From a virus, in the IMG/VR virus record IMGVR_UViG_3300028800_000009, positions 1-64,000 of that record: a DNA stretch of 64,000 bases, one strand, 5' to 3'. Both the position numbers and the translations under genes were made by a program. This document shows, in pieces, positions 26,611-35,017 of the stretch. The notes beneath the pieces are model-generated. The model ran no database searches and had not been told where the DNA came from. It saw only the letters and a program-made list of their open reading frames with translations. Every line of letters begins with the position of its first letter. Position 1 is the stretch's first letter.

Positions 26611-26642
26611 CCTCCGGTCGAACTTAACCGGGAGAATTAGAG

Positions 26643-27044
26643 ATGCTTAAGAAAACCGAAGCCAAGCCATTTTCAGTCATACTGACCATTCCGGCGGACC
26701 GCATCGCGAACATGATGATCTCGTTCGTCGAGAGCGGCGATCCCGTCACGCACGCCTCTAAGGGAGGCTGGTGCGCCGGGATCAGCCTTAAGTTCCACAC
26801 ATTCCCCCTCTGGTACGCCAGCCCGGAGACCTGGTCAAACGACTTTACCGTCGCGGTCGACGAGGTCGGGGACGGGAAAATAAAAACCCACTTCATACGC
26901 CGCGCCGACCTCGTCCGCGGCCTGGCGATCCTCGCCGAAAAGTATCCGGATCACTTCGCTATGATCCTACGGGACGACACCGACGCGCCGTGCGCGGACC
27001 TCTTCGTTCAGTGCGTCCTCTTCGGGGAGGAAAAATATGCTTGA
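26643..27044 (+). CDS. Conserved hypothetical phage protein
   Basis: C-terminal DAPCADLFVQCVLFGEEKYA; leader gggagaattagagATG. Confidence 0.7.
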   Translation: MLKKTEAKPFSVILTIPADRIANMMISFVESGDPVTHASKGGWCAGISLKFHTFPLWYASPETWSNDFTVAVDEVGDGKIKTHFIRRADLVRGLAILAEKYPDHFAMILRDDTDAPCADLFVQCVLFGEEKYA

Positions 27045-27453
27045 CCGCGTCCGAATCGGCGACCGCGTCCTCGAAGCAAGGGCGCCCTGGACCGGAGCGT
27101 GGGTCGTAACCGACCTACGGGTACGCCCAGGCCGTGCCGGCGAGAGCTGGCTATCCATCACCTACACCCAGTACGGTATCCGCTCCGTCTCCTCGACCGA
27201 GCGTCTCGTCGCCGCCCCGGAGGGTTGGGAAGACCCGCCTAAGCGACCGCTCTCCAAACGGCTTTTGAGGCCCGAGGATTACGGGGTCTGGGAGCGCCAG
27301 CTCGAAGACGACCCGGAATATCAGGCCGCGCTCGCGGACTTCCGGCAACGGTACGCGGACTGGGCCGAGAGGTTCCTCCCCTCACTCGGGCTCGCCGAGC
27401 ACGCCCGCCTCGCGCGCCAGCTTGTCGATTCGTTAGAAATGGAGAAGACATGA
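27037..27453 (+). CDS. Hypothetical protein
   Basis: SD ggagga; coupled to the reductase. Confidence 0.55.
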   Translation: MLDRVRIGDRVLEARAPWTGAWVVTDLRVRPGRAGESWLSITYTQYGIRSVSSTERLVAAPEGWEDPPKRPLSKRLLRPEDYGVWERQLEDDPEYQAALADFRQRYADWAERFLPSLGLAEHARLARQLVDSLEMEKT

Positions 27454-29183
27454 CGGTAAATCAATACGGCCCAAAGACGAAGGCCGCCGACGCCCTCCAC
27501 GCGATGAAGTACCGTACCGAGGGCGAGAGTTTCCGCGAGGCGGCCCAACGGGTTGCGTTCGCGCTGAAAGACGACGACCGTCACTATCACGAGTTACGCG
27601 AGATTCTCCTGGCGATGAGGTTCATGCCGGCTGGCCGCGTTCAGAACGCGATGGGCGCCTCGCGAATGACGACCCCCTACAATTGCTTCGTATCGGGGAC
27701 GATCGCTGATTCCTACGTTGAAGGGTCGGGGAGCATCATGGCGAGGGCTCACGAGGCGGCCGCGACGATGAGGATGGGTGGTGGGATCGGTTACGACTTC
27801 TCGACGCTCCGGCCGCGCGGGTTCATGGTCTCAAAGCTCGGAAGCCAGTCAACGGGACCGGTTAGCTTTATGGATATCTTCAACGCGGTCTGCCTCGCGA
27901 CGAGTTCGAGCGGCCACCGGCGCGGCGCACAGATGGGCGTGATGAGGGTCGATCATCCCGATATCGAAGAGTTCGTCCGCGCCAAGCAGAACGAGGATCG
28001 TCTGAGAGGCTTTAACCTCTCGATCGCCGTGACGGACGAATTCATGGAGGCGGCCCTATCAGGGAAACCCTTCCGTTTAAGGTGGCAGCCGGACGCCTCT
28101 CGCGACGCGCTCGGGGAGCGCGAGATCGACGCCGCCGAGCTTTGGGAAAAGATTATGCGCTCGACCTGGGACTGGGCCGAGCCGGGAGTCATCTTCATCG
28201 ACCGGGTCAACCGGATGAATAACCTCTACTACGCCGAGACCATCGCCGCGACCAACCCGTGCGGCGAGCAACCACTGCCGCCCTATGGCGCGTGCCTCCT
28301 TGGGAGTATCAACCTCCCGGCTTATTTAGTAAAGGGACCCGGTGGATACTCTTTCGACTATGACCTCCTCAAACGTGATATTCCGATCGTCGTCCGCGGG
28401 ATGGATAACGTCGTCGATCGTGCGCGCTACCCGCTCCCGGAGCAACGCGTCGAGGCCGTGACCAAGCGGCGAATGGGGATAGGCGTGATGGGACTCGCCA
28501 ACGCGCTTGAAGCGCTAGGATATCCCTACGGCGCCCCCGAGTTCCTGGCGCTCGAAGGGAATCTTCTGGCCTTTATTAACGCTGAATGCTACCGCGCGAG
28601 CGTGGATCTGGCGCGGGAGAAGGGGTCGTTCCCGCGGTTCGACGTCGAGAAACATCTCGCCGGCGAATTCGTAAGGAATCTTCCGGAGGATATCGTCGCC
28701 GGGATACGTCGTTACGGGATACGGAACTCGCACCTCACGAGCATCGCGCCGACCGGAACGATCAGTATGTGTTGCGATAACGTCAGCGGGGGAATCGAGC
28801 CGGTCTTCAGTTACGTTATCGAGCGGCCGATCAATACGCCGGACGGGACGATGATGGCGAAGATCGAGGACTACGGGTATGCCGCCCTCGGGGTTAGCGG
28901 AAAGCGGTTCGACGAAGTCTCGGTCGACGAGCACGTCGACGTTCTCGTCGCAGCCCAGAGGCACGTCGATAGCTCGGTGAGCAAAACGTGTAACGTCCCG
29001 TCGTCGACACCATGGGCCAGCTTCAAGGATATCTACCGGCGAGCGTGGGAGGAGGGCGCAAAGAGCTGCTCGACCTTTACGAACGGCGGCCGGCGCGGGG
29101 GTCTTCTCTCCGCGGCCGAGGGAAGTCGAGAAGAGGCGGCCTGTACGATCGACCCAGAGACGGGCATCCGGAGCTGCGAATAA
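27450..29183 (+). CDS. nrdJ: Class II (adenosylcobalamin-dependent) ribonucleotide reductase
   Basis: PAGR, NCFV, GGGIG, RRGAQM, EPG, TNPCGEQ, ACLLGS, IAPTGTIS; no small-subunit gene nearby. Confidence 0.88.
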   Translation: MTVNQYGPKTKAADALHAMKYRTEGESFREAAQRVAFALKDDDRHYHELREILLAMRFMPAGRVQNAMGASRMTTPYNCFVSGTIADSYVEGSGSIMARAHEAAATMRMGGGIGYDFSTLRPRGFMVSKLGSQSTGPVSFMDIFNAVCLATSSSGHRRGAQMGVMRVDHPDIEEFVRAKQNEDRLRGFNLSIAVTDEFMEAALSGKPFRLRWQPDASRDALGEREIDAAELWEKIMRSTWDWAEPGVIFIDRVNRMNNLYYAETIAATNPCGEQPLPPYGACLLGSINLPAYLVKGPGGYSFDYDLLKRDIPIVVRGMDNVVDRARYPLPEQRVEAVTKRRMGIGVMGLANALEALGYPYGAPEFLALEGNLLAFINAECYRASVDLAREKGSFPRFDVEKHLAGEFVRNLPEDIVAGIRRYGIRNSHLTSIAPTGTISMCCDNVSGGIEPVFSYVIERPINTPDGTMMAKIEDYGYAALGVSGKRFDEVSVDEHVDVLVAAQRHVDSSVSKTCNVPSSTPWASFKDIYRRAWEEGAKSCSTFTNGGRRGGLLSAAEGSREEAACTIDPETGIRSCE

Positions 29184-29187
29184 TCCC

Positions 29188-29217
29188 TTTACATCCAAAC
29201 TGGGACGGGCGTAATAT
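29188..29217 (+). promoter_or_regulatory. Putative sigma70-type early promoter
   Basis: TTTACA-18bp-TAATAT. Confidence 0.55.
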
Positions 29218-29249
29218 CTCTTTCGTCGACCTAACCTGGAGAATCAGAG

Positions 29250-29525
29250 ATGACCAACAAGCACATACCCTTACGAAAGTATGTGGGTCACGTTTCTGGC
29301 TACGGTGAAGGTATGACCCCCTCCCCACCCGCGCCCCCGGACGACCCCTTCCGCTGGGAAGCCCACAAAGAGGAGTTCCGCGACCTCGCCGTGGTAAAGT
29401 ACCGCCAGGGCGTGAAGGACGGCCTCCGGGAGGGCGACCTCGACCTCCTCGGGGAATGGGTCCGACGGTTCGAGGAAGGGGGTAATCTCTACCCTCTTCC
29501 TCCGAGACGTAATTTTATTACCTAA
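29250..29525 (+). CDS. Hypothetical protein, last + strand gene
   Basis: Leader ctaacctggagaatcagagATG. Confidence 0.6.
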   Translation: MTNKHIPLRKYVGHVSGYGEGMTPSPPAPPDDPFRWEAHKEEFRDLAVVKYRQGVKDGLREGDLDLLGEWVRRFEEGGNLYPLPPRRNFIT

Positions 29526-29640
29526 ATACGAGAGTCCAGGAGCAGGCCGCCTAGGGGCCTTCTCCTGGGGCGCCCCCTCTATAGCGCCCGACCCCCTCCC
29601 CCTAACCACGCCCCCTGAAACCGGGGTCCTCCGGCTAAAT

Positions 29641-29673
29641 AAAAAGCCCCGCTTCCTAGGGAGGCGGGGCTTT
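29641..29673 (-). terminator. Rho-independent terminator of the late operon, possibly bidirectional
   Basis: aaagccccgc-ttcctagggag-gcggggcttt with an A5 run on the left. Confidence 0.8.
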
Positions 29674-29729
29674 CGGGTAGAGGCTCTTAGGGGGAGAGGG
29701 CAACCAATTCTCTCGCTCTAGTCCCTCGA

Positions 29730-30368
29730 TTATACCCCCTTCGCGGGGACGGTAGGAAGCGAATTATAGACCACCTCGAAAGCCGGCCGGACGTTTACGA
29801 GAAGGTGATCGGCGACGAGCCGCTCGATCCGGAAGGCCGTGGACCCGAGCTGGAGCAGCGGGAGCGAGCCGAACCGCGGCGGAAGGGAGGGGACGTCGTC
29901 GCAGCCGTTCCGGGTAGCGATGCTCGGAACGGCTGCGATCGCGGTAAGTGCAGCCGTCCCGAGGGCGCGGGCCGGTTCGAAGACGACGAGCCGCTCGACC
30001 GCGATCCCGAGGAGGATGAGCATCAGGACGAAGATTTGGGCCTCGGCGCCACCCTTGGAATGGCCCCCGATATAGATCATCTTCCCGGCGGCGACCGCCG
30101 TTAGAACGAGCGGAATTAGCCGCCATGCGATCGAGGTCGCCGAGGCGAAAAATCCGGCGTCGACCGAGAAGCCGGCGAGGTCGGTTGATTCGGCGTCCGC
30201 GTCCGTTAGGTCGTCGCGGATGTTATTCGTACCTTTGAAGGATATCCGGATCGATGTCGCGTCTTCGACGACGAGGGCGTGGGCCAAGTCCGAGCTGATC
30301 GTCGGGGCGACGTAGGCGCGCTCGGCGTCGCCGAGCATCACGAGATCGATAGGGAGGAGGGCTATCAC
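29730..30368 (-). CDS. Class 3 lipase / alpha-beta hydrolase (GTG start)
   Basis: FKGT oxyanion motif, nucleophile GHSKGG, DDVP, C-terminal His; SD aaggag. Confidence 0.8.
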   Translation of the reverse strand: MIALLPIDLVMLGDAERAYVAPTISSDLAHALVVEDATSIRISFKGTNNIRDDLTDADAESTDLAGFSVDAGFFASATSIAWRLIPLVLTAVAAGKMIYIGGHSKGGAEAQIFVLMLILLGIAVERLVVFEPARALGTAALTAIAAVPSIATRNGCDDVPSLPPRFGSLPLLQLGSTAFRIERLVADHLLVNVRPAFEVVYNSLPTVPAKGV

Positions 30369-31123
30369 GAGGCCAGCTCCTTCAGCCGCGCTTCCATCGC
30401 GGCGAGGTCGAGACCCGACGGCGCGGTGCCCTGGGACGTGACCCAATCCGGGTAAAGCTCGGCGTGGGCCTCGTCGATACAGGCGAGGGCGAAAGCCTTC
30501 GTCATCGCTTGAACCTTCCCCCAGGAGACGCAGTAGAAGAGGTCGCCCGCGTAGCCGACGAGCGGAACGTCGTGGCCGTCGTTGGTCATCGTGCCCGGCG
30601 CTACGTCCCATGTAGCGCCGGCGTTAAACTGATCCATCATATAGGACGGGCAGCGGATGCCGATACGGCACGCCCCGAATATCTGGGTAGCCCAACGGAT
30701 ATGATCGAGGTTCCGATCGTCGATCCGCGCCGTTCCGGCAGACTTAAAATTAAGGAAGCCGGTTTTTGTTAGATATTCGCAAGCATCGCTCTCACTCGTC
30801 CCGAGGTCGGTCGCGGGGTTATCTTTATCAAACCCCGTCAACTCGGTGTAGAGCGCGAGCACGTCGTCGGTCGTCGGCAATCCCATACCGCCCGTGTTCG
30901 CCGTCCGGAGCATTAGTTGATGCCCAGCGTCGGCCTCGACGCAGCACCCGTAGAGGTCGTTACCGAGCATCCCCCAATATGGGCCGACTACGTTCGTCAC
31001 CGCGCGAATATAGTCGTTCGAGGAAGGAGGGGGCGAACCGAGCCCGGAGAGGAACTGGCTCGTCGCGAGAGCACCCCTCATCGCGCGAGCGTCGAAGCGT
31101 GGTGGATGTTTGCCGAATCTCAT
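30365..31123 (-). CDS. Papain-fold cysteine peptidase-like protein
   Basis: MLGNDLYGCCVEA (Cys), GHDVPLVGY (His), VSWG. Confidence 0.65.
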   Translation of the reverse strand: MRFGKHPPRFDARAMRGALATSQFLSGLGSPPPSSNDYIRAVTNVVGPYWGMLGNDLYGCCVEADAGHQLMLRTANTGGMGLPTTDDVLALYTELTGFDKDNPATDLGTSESDACEYLTKTGFLNFKSAGTARIDDRNLDHIRWATQIFGACRIGIRCPSYMMDQFNAGATWDVAPGTMTNDGHDVPLVGYAGDLFYCVSWGKVQAMTKAFALACIDEAHAELYPDWVTSQGTAPSGLDLAAMEARLKELAS

Positions 31124-31145
31124 TCGGGACCTCTTAAGAAAAATA

Positions 31146-31171
31146 TAGGAGGTCCCTTTCGGAACCTCCTA
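31146..31171 (-). terminator. Putative terminator
   Basis: Minus strand taggaggttcc-gaaa-gggacctccta followed by tattttt. Confidence 0.6.
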
Positions 31172-31202
31172 GTTTACCAACGGAGAAGGGAGCGCCCGTC
31201 GG

Positions 31203-31730
31203 TTATTTACCCGCGATCCCGTGAAGGATCACACGCGCCTCGTCGGGCGTAAGGCCCGGTACTGCCGCGCGGCGGAGCGGCGCCGAGGCCGGAACGACGA
31301 GCCCGACCGCCAGCTCGACGACCGGCAGGAGCACGGCGACGGCCGGTAGAATCTCGCCCCAGGGCGGGGGGAGCGCGACCGAGAACGGCGCGAGCGTGTT
31401 AACGATGAGGTTTACCGTCGCCTCGACCTGGGTAATGATGGGTTGGGCCGCGGTCGTCGTCGCGACCCCGCTCAGTTGGGTCGCGAGAGTCTGGAGCGTC
31501 GCGACCGCCTGCTGGACATTAGCGATTGCAACGGGCGAAATCTTACCGGTCGTCGCCGCGAGAGCCGGTAAAGCGTTGACGAAAGCGTTGGCGATCGTCG
31601 AGACGTCGTTTACGACGGTCGCGAGTTGTTGGGCCGGGGTCCCAGTCCCACACGCTGCGAGCATCAGAACTCCGAGCGACGAACCGCCGAGCTGGATCGC
31701 TCGACGACGGGTAAGCGTTCTATCGAACAT
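31203..31730 (-). CDS. Lipoprotein with a twin-arginine-like leader and a hydrophobic C-terminus (possible spanin-like lysis protein)
   Basis: TRRRAI, hydrophobic stretch, lipobox LAAC. Confidence 0.65.
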   Translation of the reverse strand: MFDRTLTRRRAIQLGGSSLGVLMLAACGTGTPAQQLATVVNDVSTIANAFVNALPALAATTGKISPVAIANVQQAVATLQTLATQLSGVATTTAAQPIITQVEATVNLIVNTLAPFSVALPPPWGEILPAVAVLLPVVELAVGLVVPASAPLRRAAVPGLTPDEARVILHGIAGK

Positions 31731-31760
31731 AGTATTTCTCCCTTTGAAGATTGGCGCGCG

Positions 31761-32219
31761 TTACGGCTGGGCCGCGCCGATCCCAGTATTAGTCGGCGGC
31801 GTCGCCGGGCTCGCAGCAGCCTCCGCGATCCCGTCGGGAAGCGAGCGTGTAACGAGATCGGCGAGTTTCTTCGCCCCCTCGGGCGTGGCAGGGTCGATTC
31901 CGGCGTCCTTCAGGTAGCCCGGAAATTTATCGGTGATAAACTGGACCGCGGCGTTCCCGATCGCGTTATGGGTATCGACGTGATCCCAACCCTTCGCCTT
32001 AATGACGTCGAGCGACTGCATCGTACCGAACTTGATACCCTTACGCGCCGCGTCGGTCAAATTGGCCGCGATTGCGTCGCCGTTCTTAAGGTTGAGGAAC
32101 TTGACAAGTCGCTGGGCAGCCCACGACGCGAGCGCGAGCAGGACGGTTCCGACCAGGTAGAGGATATCCTGCTCAATTCCGGAAAGGCTAATAACGGTGG
32201 ACGGGTCGGTTCCGATCAT
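31761..32219 (-). CDS. Holin-like membrane protein
   Basis: One N-terminal TM helix; lies next to the endolysin; SD aggaga. Confidence 0.5.
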   Translation of the reverse strand: MIGTDPSTVISLSGIEQDILYLVGTVLLALASWAAQRLVKFLNLKNGDAIAANLTDAARKGIKFGTMQSLDVIKAKGWDHVDTHNAIGNAAVQFITDKFPGYLKDAGIDPATPEGAKKLADLVTRSLPDGIAEAAASPATPPTNTGIGAAQP

Positions 32220-32332
32220 ATCTATCTCCTAGGGGGTTTAAGGTTAGGGAATCCGACGCTCCCCGAAAGAAGCGCCGGACCCTACGGGCGGCCCGTCAAA
32301 GGGAGGAACCAAAGCGGGTCGGCCCGAAAGTG

Positions 32333-32806
32333 TCAGGCGACGTCGATAAGAGCATTCCAATTAGCGACGAATTCGGCCTCGGTTCCGGCGCCGGCCGTCG
32401 TATTGTAAAATCGCTTCCAATAAGCCGCGAGATCGGCGACGTAGGTCGGGTTCCCCGGGTCGGGAAGCGGATCGGCGGCGCGGCGGTAAAGAACGCGCGC
32501 CATCGCGGCAGCATAACGGGGATAGATTTCGAGGCTATCTTCTCCGATATTACCCTCCGCGAGCCCACGGACGCAGACGGCGAGAAAGGTATGATACGCG
32601 AGATAGTTGGCCCAAATATCGTCGTGGGTCGCGCGCTCCATCTGGAAGTAACCCTTCGCCGGGCCGCCACCGCGTTGGTTGATGTCTTTAAGCCCGCTCT
32701 CCTGAATCGCGGTTCCGACGAGGAGGTCCTCGGCGGCGCGCGAGTAGAGGCCGGTCATCTTTAACGCCGGTATGACGACGGTCGAGCGGAACTCGGGGGC
32801 GTTCAT
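32333..32806 (-). CDS. Endolysin (lysozyme/transglycosylase fold)
   Basis: LLVGTAIQES, GGGPAKGYFQME, YWKRFYNT. Confidence 0.8.
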   Translation of the reverse strand: MNAPEFRSTVVIPALKMTGLYSRAAEDLLVGTAIQESGLKDINQRGGGPAKGYFQMERATHDDIWANYLAYHTFLAVCVRGLAEGNIGEDSLEIYPRYAAAMARVLYRRAADPLPDPGNPTYVADLAAYWKRFYNTTAGAGTEAEFVANWNALIDVA

Positions 32807-32819
32807 TCTTTCTCCAGGT

Positions 32820-33182
32820 TTATCGGTGGAAGTAGTACGCCGCGACGAGGCCGAGTATCCCGACGACGTAACCGAGCATATTGGCCATGCCGATCCCCTT
32901 CGAGTTACGCTCGACGACGAGATTTTCCAGTGTGTCGATGCGGGTCTCTATAGCCTTAAACGCGAGTCCGGCCTCGGCGGAGCGCATGAACATCTTAGCC
33001 TGATCGTTGGTCATCTGGCGCAGCTCGTTCAGACCTTCGAGCCTCTTATCTACCGACGCCTCGGCCTTCAGGATGGCGGTCTGTGAGGCGACGTGCTGCT
33101 GCTGGTAGCGCTCGTCGCGCTCATTGAGTAGCTCGCGCAGCCCCTTCATCTCGGTCTCTACGGCGACGAGCCTTTCGTTCAT
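32820..33182 (-). CDS. Coiled-coil protein with a C-terminal TM helix (lysis-associated)
   Basis: RLEGLNELR coiled coil and a terminal hydrophobic helix. Confidence 0.6.
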   Translation of the reverse strand: MNERLVAVETEMKGLRELLNERDERYQQQHVASQTAILKAEASVDKRLEGLNELRQMTNDQAKMFMRSAEAGLAFKAIETRIDTLENLVVERNSKGIGMANMLGYVVGILGLVAAYYFHR

Positions 33183-33571
33183 CGCCTTCTCTGGAGTGCC
33201 TCCACCTGCTCGCGGATCGACTCGATCTTCGCCTCATGGGAGATAATCAATTCGTCCTGCTTCTGGGTATGCTCGGCGATCCGGACGTGGTCGGAATCCA
33301 TCGAGTCGAGGCGCCGCTCCTCGGCCCGGACCTGCTCCCTAATAGTCGAGACGGCCTTGATGAACTCCGTCTGGCTCGCGACGATCGTCTTTATGTCGTC
33401 GTTCATGTGGGTCGCGATCCATAAACACGTCGAGGCGAGCGCCGCGGCGAGGAAGGAGCATATCGCCGTGACGGCGTGGGTAATCCCGCTGTATTTTCCC
33501 TCACCGCCGAACTTCTCTGCCCCCTCGGTTACAATGCGGAGGATGGGGGGACCGTGGGAATCCGACGCCAT
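33179..33571 (-). CDS. TM plus coiled-coil protein (lysis-associated)
   Basis: N-terminal TM followed by heptad repeats. Confidence 0.55.
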   Translation of the reverse strand: MASDSHGPPILRIVTEGAEKFGGEGKYSGITHAVTAICSFLAAALASTCLWIATHMNDDIKTIVASQTEFIKAVSTIREQVRAEERRLDSMDSDHVRIAEHTQKQDELIISHEAKIESIREQVEALQRRR

Positions 33572-33586
33572 AATCTAAACCCTTTT

Positions 33587-34453
33587 CTACGGGAGGAGGC
33601 TCGCGTTGGGCTCGTTCGGCAGTCCGCCGGCGGAGACGGACCAGTTCCCGGCTCCATCCGGCATGAAGCAGGCCCACTCGTCGTGGCCGATCGACGACAC
33701 GCCACCCTTAAACGGCCAGGCGCTCGTCCACGCGATGCGGCCGGAGACGCTATAGTCCTGGAAGCATATCGAGAAGCCGGCGGCGACGGACGACGTCGCC
33801 GGAAACACCGGCGATTCGTTTCCGACGCCGGACCACGTCAGGGTCTTGCAATTATCCGTCGCCGCAACCGGATGGGTCGTATCGGTCGAGGCGAGCGGCG
33901 ACGTGAGCCACCCGCAACCCCCGCCGCTCGTACCCGTCCCGGCCGGACCCACGAGCGAAACGCCGGCAGGCCAGCCGCCCGAAGCCTTCGGCCCGTAGAT
34001 GGACCAATTCGAGGTCGCGATGTAGAAATCGCCGACGTTACCGACCGTCGAGCCCGGCGCGGCGGAGCCGTTCAGGATCGTATTCGACGAGGGGGAAGGC
34101 GCGGAACCCACGACCGGAGCCTGGGACTGAAGGACCCACGCGCCGAGGATATACTCGTACCAACTCCCATTCTTCGCCTGGGTGAAGATGTTGCCGCTCG
34201 CCGCGACTTCGAGGAGGGTACCGTAGCCGCCGGCGGCCGGCGATCCGTTCAGGAGGATCGCGTTCCCGCCGTTCGTCGTCGTCGCGGTTCCGAAGGTCCA
34301 AGTTCCGGCCGAGGTCATGAGGCTCGACCCCGTCCCCGGCGCGGTGAGCGTCGTCCCGTCGGGCGAGAGGGCGACGACGGCGGCGGTCTGGCTCTCGGCT
34401 ATCGGGGCCACGAAAAGAAGAAAGAGCAGACATAGATAGGATAGGTATTTCAT
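33587..34453 (-). CDS. Signal-peptide-bearing protein with tail-fibre-like segments
   Basis: MKYLSYLCLLFLLFVAPIAES leader; ILNGSAAP...GDFYI...IYGPK motif as seen in phage fibres. Confidence 0.7.
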   Translation of the reverse strand: MKYLSYLCLLFLLFVAPIAESQTAAVVALSPDGTTLTAPGTGSSLMTSAGTWTFGTATTTNGGNAILLNGSPAAGGYGTLLEVAASGNIFTQAKNGSWYEYILGAWVLQSQAPVVGSAPSPSSNTILNGSAAPGSTVGNVGDFYIATSNWSIYGPKASGGWPAGVSLVGPAGTGTSGGGCGWLTSPLASTDTTHPVAATDNCKTLTWSGVGNESPVFPATSSVAAGFSICFQDYSVSGRIAWTSAWPFKGGVSSIGHDEWACFMPDGAGNWSVSAGGLPNEPNASLLP

Positions 34454-34485
34454 TTTAGATTATCCTCGTTACCGGGATGTGTCCT

Positions 34486-34650
34486 TCAAATTCGTCCGAG
34501 CAAAAGCAAGATGATCAGGATCACGACAATGAGGCCCAATCCCCCTCCTGCATAGTAGCCGCCCCCGTAGAAGGGGCCGCCCCCGAATCCGCTGAATCCC
34601 CCGAGCAGGATGATGACGACGACGATCAGGAGAATGGTGCCTATGGACAT
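34486..34650 (-). CDS. DUF3309-type small Gly-rich membrane protein (54 aa, absent from the ORF track)
   Basis: Translated by hand MSIGTILLIVVVIILLGGFSGFGGGPFYGGGYYAGGGLGLIVVILIILLLLGRI*. Confidence 0.75.
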   Translation of the reverse strand: MSIGTILLIVVVIILLGGFSGFGGGPFYGGGYYAGGGLGLIVVILIILLLLGRI

Positions 34651-35017
34651 GATTTACCCTTTCGCTTGCGATACGCTCGAAGCCACGCGGCGCGGCACTT
34701 GAGGCACCAGCGCTGAAACCTCGTCTTATGGCCCGAGACACTACGGATTGTACTCAACTCTCGGGAATTTTCTCCAGCTCAACGATGGCCTTGGTCAACT
34801 CGCCAATGCGGCGCCTGATCGAGGTGGTATCCTCTATGCCGTATTCAAGGCATCGCTCCAGCGCGGTCCTGGCTCTAATCATCGTGTCGCGAATGGAATT
34901 TTTCTTGAGCCTCCCGATACTGTCCATCGTGTATTACCCATCACCCGTTACCGATGCCAGTAGCCAAAAACGATCTCGTAGCCGCTCCCGAAGGAGGGGG
35001 AGCGCGATAAGCTTTCC

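Noticed and set aside
32225-32330. Structured ncRNA between endolysin and holin-like gene (similar hairpins at 11640-11720)
   Set aside because: Hairpins are present but match no RNA family I recognise; GC-rich DNA folds easily and covariation data are lacking
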